Positions 24,847 to 36,562 are shown, counted from the whole stretch's first letter. The stretch: 63,698 nt of DNA, filler included, from Octopus bimaculoides (GCF_001194135.2; 6 parts of 5 records of this genome joined end to end with filler, not necessarily neighbours in it); one strand, 5' to 3'. Numbers and translations: made by a program. The notes: generated by a model not told the origin, from the sequence alone.

Positions 24847-25996
24847 GTGGTTATGTATTTTCCGAAGTATAGTACAGATGTATAGCCGGAATATGTGCTG
24901 TTTNNNNNNNNNNNNNNNNNNNNNNNNNNNNNNNNNNNNNNNNNNNNNNNNNNNNNNNNNNNNNNNNNNNNNNNNNNNNNNNNNNNNNNNNNNNNNNNNN
25001 NNNNNNNNNNNNNNNNNNNNNNNNNNNNNNNNNNNNNNNNNNNNNNNNNNNNNNNNNNNNNNNNNNNNNNNNNNNNNNNNNNNNNNNNNNNNNNNNNNNN
25101 NNNNNNNNNNNNNNNNNNNNNNNNNNNNNNNNNNNNNNNNNNNNNNNNNNNNNNNNNNNNNNNNNNNNNNNNNNNNNNNNNNNNNNNNNNNNNNNNNNNN
25201 NNNNNNNNNNNNNNNNNNNNNNNNNNNNNNNNNNNNNNNNNNNNNNNNNNNNNNNNNNNNNNNNNNNNNNNNNNNNNNNNNNNNNNNNNNNNNNNNNNNN
25301 NNNNNNNNNNNNNNNNNNNNNNNNNNNNNNNNNNNNNNNNNNNNNNNNNNNNNNNNNNNNNNNNNNNNNNNNNNNNNNNNNNNNNNNNNNNNNNNNNNNN
25401 NNNNNNNNNNNNNNNNNNNNNNNNNNNNNNNNNNNNNNNNNNNNNNNNNNNNNNNNNNNNNNNNNNNNNNNNNNNNNNNNNNNNNNNNNNNNNNNNNNNN
25501 NNNNNNNNNNNNNNNNNNNNNNNNNNNNNNNNNNNNNNNNNNNNNNNNNNNNNNNNNNNNNNNNNNNNNNNNNNNNNNNNNNNNNNNNNNNNNNNNNNNN
25601 NNNNNNNNNNNNNNNNNNNNNNNNNNNNNNNNNNNNNNNNNNNNNNNNNNNNNNNNNNNNNNNNNNNNNNNNNNNNNNNNNNNNNNNNNNNNNNNNNNNN
25701 NNNNNNNNNNNNNNNNNNNNNNNNNNNNNNNNNNNNNNNNNNNNNNNNNNNNNNNNNNNNNNNNNNNNNNNNNNNNNNNNNNNNNNNNNNNNNNNNNNNN
25801 NNNNNNNNNNNNNNNNNNNNNNNNTATATATATATATATATATATATATTATCCAATTCCATCAGTAAAGAAACAATGTCTGAATCTCGCATTACATTTA
25901 TTGGGATATTTCCCTTACTGCATAGAACAGAAACTAAATTGTTGAATGAAATGAAAATCAAATATACAACACGAGAAAACATAAAGTAATGAAATA

Positions 25997-26002
25997 TTTA
26001 TT
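25997..26002 (-). terminator. Candidate polyadenylation signal of the four-exon gene
   Basis: AATAAA on the minus strand about 150 nt after the stop, followed by GT/T-rich sequence. It is conserved in the homologous segment at 38289-38458. Alternative AATAAA sites lie at 26058-26063 and 26083-26088. Confidence 0.45.
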
Positions 26003-26153
26003 AAAGACAAATTGGTTTCCAAAACCTCTCATGCATTATTCCCAAAATTTATATCGTTTTATTTTTTTATATATTTCTATATTTTATTATTATTCTATTA
26101 TCTGTATAAAACCGTATACAGACTAACAAAACTACTATCTTTCAATTCGCTCA

Positions 26154-26494
26154 TTACTTCTCGGCGTCTTTGGACCAAGTGAGAGAATCTGCGTTTTCGT
26201 TTCTTTCGCCAATGTATTCCAGTCTCTTAGCCGTGTCAGCTTGAAATACTTGTGCCCCAAAAGAAACTTTATCATTTATATTCCAATCTTCTATACTGTC
26301 CGGAGGGCTAATTTCGTTGGAATGAAAATATTTGTGGATACAACCGAGATTAGTTGAGAGATGAAAAAACAAAACCTTGTAGGTTATACGGAAGCACGCT
26401 TTAAATTCCTGGGTACTTAAAGTCTCCACATTCAATGTAAATGAAATTGAAGCAACTCCCAAATGGAATTCAAAAGTTTTAGTAAATGTTCCTC
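26154..26494 (-). CDS. Exon 4 (terminal) of secreted Cys-containing protein, paralog 2: (R)GTFTKTFEFHLGVASISFTLNVETLSTQEFKACFRITYKVLFFHLSTNLGCIHKYF...SKDAEK*
   Basis: Strong acceptor CTCTTTTCATATTTCCAG, phase 1, and open for 112 codons to TAA. Joins exon 3 in frame. Confidence 0.78.
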
Positions 26495-26631
26495 CTGGAA
26501 ATATGAAAAGAGTAATAACAGACAAATTATTATATATAATGCATGTGTGTGTGTGTGTGTGTGTATTTATATATATGTATATATATATGTATATATATGT
26601 GTGTATGTGTGTATTTTTATCTATGTATATA

Positions 26632-26667
<36 letters not shown>

Positions 26668-26729
26668 AAAGTAAAAGGAAAACAAAACCAGGGCAGGACA
26701 GCCTTAGATCATTCTAAATATATATATAT

Positions 26730-26764
<35 letters not shown>

Positions 26765-26767
<3 letters not shown>

Positions 26768-27179
26768 TCTTTACACTTTACTCTTTTGTTTCAGTCTTTT
26801 GACTGTGGCCATGCTGGAGCACCACCTTTAGTCGAGCAAATCGACCCCGGGACTTATTCTTTGTAAGCCTAGTACTTATTCTATCGGTCTCTTTTGCTGA
26901 ACCGCTAAGTTACAGGGACATAAACACACCAGCATCGGTTGTCAAGCGATGTTGGGGCGGACAAACACAGACATACAAACACATACACACATACATATAT
27001 AATATATACATATATACGACAGGCTTCTTTCAGTTTCCGTCTACCAAATCCACTCACAAGGCTTTGGTCGGCCCGAGGCTATAATAGAAGACACTTGCCC
27101 AAGGTGCCACGCAGTGGGACTGAACCCGGGACCATGTAGTTGGTAAGCAAGCTACTTACCACACAGCCACTCCTACGCC
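26765..27179 (-). mobile_element. Full-length SINE family B in intron 3
   Basis: Complete tRNA-like head, internal microsatellite and AAGAGTA tail. Confidence 0.92.
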
Positions 27180-27206
27180 TATATATATATATATATATAT
27201 ATTTGA

Positions 27207-27251
<45 letters not shown>

Positions 27252-27866
27252 CAGATAGATAGATAGATAGATACACATACATACCAGGTAGCTTACTGGG
27301 TAAAACACGGTCACTTTCGTAGTGATCATTAGGTATATGGCAAATGAAATACAGAATATGGAATATACGAGAATTTATTATTAAGCATGGTAATTGTTTC
27401 GATGCGTCTACCATCGATTCCTCATTGGTGGGACACTCAACAACTGGTTCGGGAGCATCCGGTGGTGCAGATGTATCTCGTCGGGTGATTAATAAATATA
27501 ACTCGTTAAAATGACTATTTCGCAATGTAACTTTCCTTTTTTTTACAAAGAAAAGCACCCAGACGGAGGAAATATTTTCATTTATATAGAAAATCAAAAC
27601 TAAAATCATAGATGGCAATCCCGAATCCATTTATAAAGCAGTCTAGAATTCATTTACCAACGTTGTTACCGTGTCCGCTGTATCATAAGCATTTCTACAA
27701 TACAGTTCAGTTGTAGTCGTACTCATACAGTGATTCATCAAAGGACATTTTGATTTTTCTCTGCATGAACATCTATCGTATTTATTTGTATATAAGGCAG
27801 TCCCGACTCCATTTACCGGCGTTGTTGCCGTGTTAGCTGTATCATAAGTATTTCTAGTATTACAGT

Positions 27867-28248
27867 GGAGGCGCAATGGCCCAGTGGTTAAGGCAGCGGA
27901 CTCGCGGTCATAGGAATCGCGGTTTCGATTCCCAGACCGGGCGTTGTGAGTGTTTATTGAGCGAAAAACACCTAAATTCCACGAGGCTCCGGCAGGGGAT
28001 GGTGGTGAACCCTGCTGTACTCTTTCACCACAACTTTCTCTCACTCTTACTTCCTCTTTCTGTTGTGCCTGTAATTCAAAGGGTCAGCCTTGTCACACAG
28101 TGTCACGCTGAATATCCCCGAGGACAACGTTAAGGGTACACGTGTCTGTGGAGTGCTCAGCCACTTGCACGTTAATTTCACGAGCAGGCTGTTCCGGTGA
28201 TTGGATCAACTGGAACCCTCGACGTCGTAAGCGACGGAGTGCCAACAA
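27867..28248 (+). mobile_element. Full-length tRNA-derived SINE family D (head resembles tRNA-Arg) in intron 3
   Basis: A-box TGGCCCAGTGGTTAAGG, B-box GGTTTCGATTCCC, and tail GTAAGCGACGGAGTGCCAACAA. Confidence 0.9.
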
Positions 28249-28444
28249 TGCAACTAGTGCTACATATTGATCGTAATTGATGTTTATCATTGCAGTTGGT
28301 GGTGGTGGTGGTGGTGGTGCCGTCGAGAAGAATGCCTCGAAACGGCGCAATTTCTCTCCTGATAATGCCATAAACTTGCTAGCATCTTGTATAAGGAGCA
28401 TTCAACTAGTAGCACTTGCATCTCGCAGAAAAATTCGCAAAAAA

Positions 28445-28755
28445 TTTACGACGACAGGGGTTCCAGATTGTCCGATAAACAGAACATCCTGGTCGTGAAA
28501 TTAACGTGCATATGTCTGAGCACTCCACAAACATGCATAGCCTTGACGTAGTTCTCAGGGAGGTTTAGTGAGACACAGAATGTGACAAGGCTGGCCCCTT
28601 GAATTACAGGTACTACTCATTTTTGCCAGCTGAGTGGACTGGAACAACACTGAAATAAAGTGACTTGCTCAAGAATACAACGTGCCACCAGAAATTGAAC
28701 TTATGACTTTATGATCGTGAGTCGAATACTCTAACCATTAAGCCACGCATCTTCA
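28445..28755 (-). mobile_element. Chimeric SINE: family-A head with family-D tail (older copy)
   Basis: Same architecture as 8578-8860. Confidence 0.7.
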
Positions 28756-28775
28756 CATGCAAAATAAAAGATCTA

Positions 28776-28833
<58 letters not shown>

Positions 28834-28867
28834 TATATTATATGTGTTAATAATACAAGATACTCAC

Positions 28868-28951
28868 GGAAAGTTTTACGCAGAATCACATGACCACCAA
28901 TTGTTAATGAGAACTGCAACTCTCTGTTTGAAATTTCCATTCGAATGCATA
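28868..28951 (-). CDS. Exon 3 of secreted protein, paralog 2: (L)CIRMEISNRELQFSLTIGGHVILRKTF(R)
   Basis: Acceptor TATTTTACTTTTTCAG and donor GTGAGT. 84 nt, phase 1-1, open frame, compatible with exons 2 and 4. Confidence 0.75.
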
Positions 28952-29449
28952 CTGAAAAAGTAAAATAATTATTCTCTTTATATCTTTTTTCCTTTATCGA
29001 GATAAATATTATTAATATCGTTTCACTTCTCAGAGACATTGATTTCAGCTGCTGCGGCTAATTTTTTAAAGAGCAGACGACAACCTTTTGTCAGTATTTC
29101 TTTTTACGATACCTATCATTCAAGTACAAATCTAAAGATCCACGCTGTCCCCAATAATGCAGTTTTCTGAACATGTTCTACATTCCTCTTGTCAATCCTC
29201 TTTCTGCAACAAATTGCTCAAATTGATAATACTCCCGATGCTTCTGCAACAACTGGGATGACAGTTACTCTGTTCATGGCCCACATTCGTGCAATTTCAT
29301 ATTTTAGTGCTGTTACCGTACAGTACTTATTAGTATATGATGAAATCTCTCAGTTTATTTTACTTGCTATGATGAAATGTGTCAGCTGTTCACAGCCAGA
29401 AGATTAAGGTGACACTTACTTGCTGGTCATTCTTCAGGAACCCTAAGCA

Positions 29450-30680
29450 ATGCAAATTTTTGTAGGTATTCTGTCCTTACATTTATACTAATCTTTTTGA
29501 GTCATGTTGGTTTTTGAGTGCTGATGCATCCAAGTGCGCCATTTACTATTAGTATCTCGTCTCCTCTCCTCATTGACCACAACCGTCGTATTTTCCACTT
29601 TAAATCGTAATAGTTGCTCAGTTTTTCTTCTTTAACTTTGATTTTGTTTTCACCAGGACATGCATATCCTTTCTTTTTTATTCACCACAACAATGTCCGG
29701 TTTCCGATGTCCGGCCAAGTGATCACACAGAAGAATTGCATCCCACAGGGTTTTGCATCTTCATTCTCATTGACTTCTGCTGAGGGTTTTCTTTGTTGTT
29801 TGTAGGCCGCGATTTCCACAGAGCTCCCAATGGAGTGTCATTGCCACATTGTCATGTTGTCTTTTGTATTAGCCTTGTACCAATTTCAGGCATTCGTTAA
29901 TGATGTGCCATACCGTTTCTCCCCACTCGCCACACATTCTGAATTTTCTGTTGTCGGTAGTGTGGTTGATTATGCACTTCACATAGTTAGTCCTTAACGC
30001 TTGTTCTTGTGCTGCGCACGTAACTGATCTTGCATCTATCATCCGTAGATCACCTCATCCATAGACGCAGAACTTCTGTATCTGTCTTGGCGTTCGTATC
30101 TCTTGCAAACTGACAGTACATTTTTCTCCTTCCATACTGTTACTTTTTTAATGCTCTTATCTTTAAATCTTTTTTTCTCTACACAATTATCAGTTTCAAT
30201 GACGCCGGCTTTCTTCACATGTTTCAACAATGGTTCCACAATATATTTTACATACTACCCTAAGCTGTTTTCCTCTTCTTCAACGTTATCCTCGCAACTG
30301 ATTAAACCTTCTCCACCCTTTCTTCTGGACAACTACAGCCTATCGGTGCCACTCTTAGGGTGGAAGGCTCTGTGCACTGCCAACATTTTTCTAGTCTTCG
30401 TATCCATTTTCATCAGGAATCATCATATGATTTCAGTTCCATACCGAAGTGATGTTATCGCCCATGTATTAATGCTTGAATGTTATTCCATCCGATCAAT
30501 TTTGAGCGCAACACTAATCTAAGTCTTCGGAAATATTCCATCCTTAGTTGCCGTCTCCTTTCTTTCTCCATTGTCACATTGAAGTCTGGTATTCCAAGAT
30601 ATTCGTAGCCTTCTGTTTCAGTTTCTTTAATCCGTTCTCTATTAGGGGATTCTATCCCTGCTAGGGACTGTAGCTGCCTC
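29450..30680 (-). pseudogene. R4/Dong-like retrotransposon fragment (RT C-terminus, zinc knuckle, RLE) in intron 2
   Basis: YEYLGI, AFHPKSGTDRL..SRKKGGEGLISCED, AAQEQALRTNY, CGEWGETVWHIINEC, HDNVA..LHW.LC, LWD and RKPDIVVV, with frameshifts. Confidence 0.85.
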
Positions 30681-30749
30681 TTTCAAAGTACATTATTCCA
30701 CACTTCTTGAGTTTTGCTATTATCATTGTTTTTGTTGTTGTTGTTGTTT

Positions 30750-30985
30750 AGGCGGCGAACTGGCAAAGACGGCGAGCTGGCAGAATCGTCAGGGCGCCGG
30801 GCGAAATGCTTAGCAGTATTTCCTCTGCCGCTGCGTTCAGAGTTCAAATTCCGCCGAGGTTGACTTTGCATTTCATCGCTTCTGGATCGATAAATTGACT
30901 ACCAGTGAAATACTGGGGTCAATGTAATCCACTCATCCCCTCCCCAAAAAAGCTGTCCTTGTGGCAAAATTTGAAACCATTATTA
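30750..30985 (+). mobile_element. SINE local family C
   Basis: GGCGAGCTGGCAGAATCG..GAGTTCAAATTCCGCCGAGG..GGCAAAATTTGAAACCATT. Confidence 0.82.
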
Positions 30986-32356
30986 TTATAGATGTTGCTG
31001 TTGTTGTTATTATCATCATTACTCTTGATCGCATTCTGATAATTGTTCGAAGCGGGCGAAAGCTTCCACGAAAGGCGCCGGATCCGTCGCGAAAGCGAAA
31101 AAATCTAGTTTTCGTTCGTACTTTCGTTTTTATGACTCGTCTGTAGCTTTACGTCATATGGTCGGAGTAATGACAAATAAAATACCAGGGGACGTAAGTT
31201 ACAGATTATGTTCTAGAGTTACCAAACTTGAATACAAAAAACGAAAAGATAAAATAAAAAGAATAATGTTTTTTCTTAACAGCATGCAGAGGCTTATTTT
31301 CTCTTTCAGCATTTATAACAACTACTTCAGCAAACCTCTATCTTCAGATTGGTCCAGCTCTGAACTGACCCACTAAAATATCGGTNNNNNNNNNNNNNNN
31401 NNNNNNNNNNNNNNNNNNNNNNNNNNNNNNNNNNNNNNNNNNNNNNNNNNNNNNNNNNNNNNNNNNNNNNNNNNNNNNNNNNNNNNNNNNNNNNNNNNNN
31501 NNNNNNNNNNNNNNNNNNNNNNNNNNTATATACGCCTGTGCCGCGTAGCCAACTAGAAACGTCACTTCTTCGGGTTAAATATCAGTAACATTCTACCCTT
31601 TCCTGGGTAATTGATCAATAACCACAACATAATGAATTCAAAACTTCGTATTGAACTTCCACTCTGTACGATAACACTATATAAACATCTCACTCTACTT
31701 GACTTCCAGCAATTAACAATTTTAATTTGAAGTTGAATGGTTAGCAGTAAGAAAGATGTCCAGATTTCTCATAAAATTACTATGCAAAATCTTTTCAGAA
31801 AAAGTTGTTTTTTTTCACAACAAAATACACACACACACACAGAGGTGTGTTTATGATGACTTCAGCTACTACAAATCGCAGCCAAATCACTCTTAAATCA
31901 CACTCTTTCATCAAAAGAAAGACACAAATTTACAGTATTTCAGGTAGAAAGAAATAACTATGCGATGCGTCTGCTACAGCAGAGGTAACTCTGGTCTAAA
32001 CAAAACACAGACAAACATACTTCACATTAAAAGATTATCCACTAAATAATACTAATAAAGTTGACAGTATATCTTCGAAGTTTCATTCCCTGGTAAAACT
32101 TTTTAAACATGTATTTTAAGCATTTATTTTAAACTTGTATTCTGAGCATTTTCTCATTATGGTCTGTCTAATGCATAAATATCGTTCAGCCTCTCTTAGC
32201 TAAAGACCTTAAAATAGTGGGACCCGAGCTTGTTTTTTGTAGTAAAAAAGTGTTTGGCAAAAAACGTACTTTATTTGGTAGCCGAAAGATTACTGAATCT
32301 TTTGATACCTTATACGTCAAAATCGGCAACTCTGTCTTCGAATCCATAAGGAACAT

Positions 32357-32414
<58 letters not shown>

Positions 32415-33104
32415 ACGCACGCACGCACGCACGCACATGCACACATCCAAACTCTGTTTTATATATTAATATATATATATATGTGTGTGTGTATATATAA
32501 AGAGAGAGACAGTGAGAGAGTGAGACAGACAGACAGACAGACAGACAGGCAGACGGATAGACACAAAGAAAGAGAGAGAGATCTATATATATTTTGAATG
32601 ATTACAAAAATTAACGTGAGCTACTTGAACCTGAAACTGAAAAAAGTGGCGTATCACTGCACGCTTTGCCATACAGTCCATCCTATTATTGCACTATCTG
32701 CACATGAAGCTCACGTTTGACTCCACTATTAATTACGCAGGCTACAATTAAATCAAGGTCGGAGTTGAACTCAGAACGCAAAAGGATGGAACATATAACA
32801 TTAAGTATCTGCTGTGACATATACTTTCTGTTCCTTCAATAGACCGCCGTGGATGGCTTATACTTTATCAACCACGAAAGGTTCGAAAGGCAAATTTGAA
32901 CTCAGAACTCAGACTTGGAAAACAAATATCACGAGGCATTACATCCCGACGCAATTTGCCGTGAAATTTTAATCATTCTGTCTTTTAAGTCTTACGTTAC
33001 CAAACAGTCATACTTTATCGTTCGAACTGACGATCTTTTCCACACACTAAACTTAGTTATTTCAAATAAATTGAAAGAAGGGCAAATGAACAAACAATAC
33101 TTAC

Positions 33105-33317
33105 ATTTAGGGAGTCTAAACAGACCGGCACAGCAATTCCCTATATTCTGATTCCAAGAACACCTCAGATGTTCAAGATTTCGCAACTCACTATTTTCAG
33201 CAACTTCAGTGACCAGTATTTCATTCTGAGGTTCGATATCATTATTCTTCAGCATTCGTTCAAACTGAAACTTTTCTATAAGTTTCTCTAAAAGAACTCT
33301 TTCATAAGTACTAGTAT
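33105..33317 (-). CDS. Exon 2 of secreted protein, paralog 2: (D)TSTYERVLLEKLIEKFQFERMLKNNDIEPQNEILVTEVAENSELRNLEHLRCSWNQNIGNCCAGLFRLPK(L)
   Basis: Acceptor TTTGTATTACATTTACAG and donor GTAAGT. 213 nt, phase 1-1, no stops. Encodes an acidic pro-region and the first three Cys. Confidence 0.78.
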
Positions 33318-33435
33318 CTGTAAATGTAATACAAAAAAGAGAATAACTATTCAAATATGGCGATATATCATGCAACGGAGGCATGGGTATTGTGATAGTC
33401 ACATACATTTGTATATGTTTGGCATTAGTGACGTG

Positions 33436-33488
<53 letters not shown>

Positions 33489-33785
33489 CTGTATATATAT
33501 ATATATACAATCGTATATATGTATATATATATACATATATATACATATACATATAAATATATNNNNNNNNNNNNNNNNNNNNNNNNNNNNNNNNNNNNNN
33601 NNNNNNNNNNNNNNNNNNNNNNNNNNNNNNNNNNNNNNNNNNNNNNNNNNNNNNNNNATATATATATATATATATATATATATAAGTATATATTATACAT
33701 ATGTGTGTGTGTGTACAGATGGATGGATGGATGGATGGATGGACGGACGGACGTGTATACTGTATAGAAATGGATTACCACTTAC

Positions 33786-33876
33786 CTTTACTTATCTTTG
33801 GATCCAACTTTATGACAGCACCATTAGCCAGACATACCATTACAGCTAAACAGAAGATTACCTTAATCGCAACCAT
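33786..33876 (-). CDS. Exon 1 (signal peptide) of secreted protein, paralog 2: MVAIKVIFCLAVMVCLANGAVIKLDPKISK(D)
   Basis: AAAACAATG start, hydrophobic core, A-N-G-A cleavage-like motif and phase-1 GTAAGT donor. Paralogous to 21797-21887. Confidence 0.82.
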
Positions 33877-33993
33877 TGTTTTTCTTTTCGCTTCGTCTTC
33901 TCAAAATTCGACACACAATTGCTCGCTAATGAGACAGAAGTTCGACAGTTACAGATGATAGACGACTGTGTAACAAGAATACGATCGGTTCTA

Positions 33994-34001
33994 TATTTAT
34001 A
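33994..34001 (-). promoter_or_regulatory. TATA box (TATAAATA) of paralog 2
   Basis: Consensus TATA about 120 nt upstream of the ATG, inside the region conserved with paralog 1. Confidence 0.55.
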
Positions 34002-34535
34002 GCGATTAATGTGATCCGTGTACAGTTTAGATTAAGGATACGATATTGAAAACAAATATAAGATCAAAAGAGCAGGATGAACGCTTATTTTAAGTTGGCT
34101 GATATAGACTACTTAAGCAATTACATCATTAAATCACACTTCAGCCGCTTAGAACAAAAAAGTCATTTGTCTAAGAGCTCACTTTTCTTAGAAATCACTT
34201 AATATGTTGTTTATTTTCAAACATTATTTCATGCTATTTTTTGCATGAATATTAGTTATCTCTAAATGTATCATGTTTGTAACAATGAATCCATTGTTCT
34301 TTGAAGCCTCAAGTTTAATAAGCCTCTTAATTAACAATTAGCCAGAGACTATAAAATTCTAAAGAAATTCGAAGTATGAAGTGCTTTGAGCGGTAATCAA
34401 TCATTGCTATTGAAATACACTAACATTCGCACGCACACACAGACACACACACTGACACATATACACACACATACACATACGCATACACACATACATACGT
34501 GCACACGCACATACACGCAGGCATGTATACATTTA

Positions 34536-34722
34536 TACGAGGGTTTTTGATGAAATGCTTGGATGGAGGCGTAACCTTCCGAGTTTTTTAAATGGCATAG
34601 AAAAACTGAAGGACCACCGAGATAAGAGTGTGAATTTGAAAGAGGAATATGTAGAATAAAATCATAATTTACTGATCCACCTGTATTTTGTTTTACTTAA
34701 ATCCAGGTACACCCTACTCGTG
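34536..34722 (+). mobile_element. Short mariner-derived non-autonomous element (MITE-like)
   Basis: Starts TA-CGAGGG and carries the mariner C-terminus GIEKLKDHRDKSVNLKEEYVE*. The right end is degenerate (..CCCTACTCG). Confidence 0.65.
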
Positions 34723-34728
34723 TATATA

Positions 34729-34986
34729 TTAGGTTGGTGCATAATTATAACGGCTTATTTTTGTTTCAATAAATTTTATTCAACAACAACAATAACAAAA
34801 TGTAAACAAAACCAGCTTTAAATAATTATTCCGGAGCATATTCACCATCTACTTCAATTACTGCTTCCCATTTGCTTGGCAGACGGTCAGACTGTCATTT
34901 AAAGATGTTTTTTGTTAAATATCGTTATTGTTTTCCTTGAATAAAATTTATTGAATAAAAGCCGCAATAATTATGCAACAACCTCA
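34729..34986 (-). mobile_element. Mariner (Mos1/Hsmar-like TIR) MITE, about 258 bp
   Basis: TIRs TTAGGTTGGTGCATAATTAT..CGGCTT and AAGCCGCAATAATTATGCAACAACCTCA. Antisense DRLPSKWEAVIEVDGEYAPE* is a transposase C-terminus. Confidence 0.8.
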
Positions 34987-36079
34987 TNNNNNNNNNNNNN
35001 NNNNNNNNNNNNNNNNNNNNNNNNNNNNNNNNNNNNNNNNNNNNNNNNNNNNNNNNNNNNNNNNNNNNNNNNNNNNNNNNNNNNNNNNNNNNNNNNNNNN
35101 NNNNNNNNNNNNNNNNNNNNNNNNNNNNNNNNNNNNNNNNNNNNNNNNNNNNNNNNNNNNNNNNNNNNNNNNNNNNNNNNNNNNNNNNNNNNNNNNNNNN
35201 NNNNNNNNNNNNNNNNNNNNNNNNNNNNNNNNNNNNNNNNNNNNNNNNNNNNNNNNNNNNNNNNNNNNNNNNNNNNNNNNNNNNNNNNNNNNNNNNNNNN
35301 NNNNNNNNNNNNNNNNNNNNNNNNNNNNNNNNNNNNNNNNNNNNNNNNNNNNNNNNNNNNNNNNNNNNNNNNNNNNNNNNNNNNNNNNNNNNNNNNNNNN
35401 NNNNNNNNNNNNNNNNNNNNNNNNNNNNNNNNNNNNNNNNNNNNNNNNNNNNNNNNNNNNNNNNNNNNNNNNNNNNNNNNNNNNNNNNNNNNNNNNNNNN
35501 NNNNNNNNNNNNNNNNNNNNNNNNNNNNNNNNNNNNNNNNNNNNNNNNNNNNNNNNNNNNNNNNNNNNNNNNNNNNNNNNNNNNNNNNNNNNNNNNNNNN
35601 NNNNNNNNNNNNNNNNNNNNNNNNNNNNNNNNNNNNNNNNNNNNNNNNNNNNNNNNNNNNNNNNNNNNNNNNNNNNNNNNNNNNNNNNNNNNNNNNNNNN
35701 NNNNNNNNNNNNNNNNNNNNNNNNNNNNNNNNNNNNNNNNNNNNNNNNNNNNNNNNNNNNNNNNNNNNNNNNNNNNNNNNNNNNNNNNNNNNNNNNNNNN
35801 NNNNNNNNNNNNNNNNNNNNNNNNNNNNNNNNNNNNNNNNNNNNNNNNNNNNNNNNNNNNNNNNNNNNNNNNNNNNNNNNNNNNNNNNNNNNNNNNNNNN
35901 NNNNNNNNNNNNNNNNNNNNNNNNNNNNNNNNNNNNNNNNNNNNNNNNNNNNNNNNNNNNNNNNATATATATATATATATATATATATATACACTAGTGT
36001 GAACACGCTATCTTTAAGATACCGTATTTTACATTGTATCATATATTTGGGCAGTTTATATACACAAGTATACATATAG

Positions 36080-36300
36080 AATGCAGTAATTAAGAATGGA
36101 ACAGAAAAGTCTTCGCATCTAATATGGAGTAGCTGAAATATCTGCAACTTCCATTGTCCAATCGCATTCACGGTCATCATGTGCTAAATCCAGTTTCATT
36201 GCAGCCTCTTTGTAACTATGTCAAACTACACCATTAATAGTCCTCATATCTTCAAATGATGTAGCTCCGGGAATATGATATAGTAAAGCTCTCAGAATTG
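36080..36300 (-). pseudogene. Helitron Rep/helicase fragment
   Basis: ILRALLYHIPGATSFEDMRTINGVV*HSYKEAAMKLDLAHDDRECDWTMEVADISATPY*MRRLFCSILNYC matches the conserved L..V.GATSFEDLRTVNG....F.EAC..LGLL.DD.EW...L.EA....P.QLR.LF..IL..C segment of Helitron RepHel. Confidence 0.85.
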
Positions 36301-36420
36301 TGATGTATGCACGTGCTAAGATCCCTCATAACCTTTTCATTTTTACGAATCATTACAACATTTTTCTATTCTGTCTTCTACATAATCGAATTGATACGAT
36401 TATACAAAAAAAAATGTTAA

Positions 36421-36562
36421 TCCCCGTAACTTAACGGTTCGACAAAAGAGTCCGATAGAATAGGCACTAGGCTTACAAAGAATAAGTCCTGGGGTTGCTT
36501 TGCTCGACTAAAGGTGGTGCTCCAGCATGGCTGCACTCAAATAACTAAAACAAGTAAAAGAA
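36421..36562 (+). mobile_element. 3' half of SINE family B
   Basis: CCCCGTAACTTAACGGTTCG..CTCCAGCATGGCTGCA..CAAGTAAAAGAAT. Confidence 0.82.

Noticed and set aside
27283-27480. Open minus-strand frame (TSAPPDAPEPVVECPTNEESMV..KLP) with GTATGT donor as an extra exon in intron 3
   Set aside because: There is no polypyrimidine acceptor, and exons 3 and 4 already join in frame with a coherent product. A rare alternative exon cannot be excluded.
27867-27945. tRNA genes at SINE heads (also 11334, 58535)
   Set aside because: They run directly into SINE bodies and lack intact cloverleaf stems, so they are SINE promoters rather than tRNA genes.
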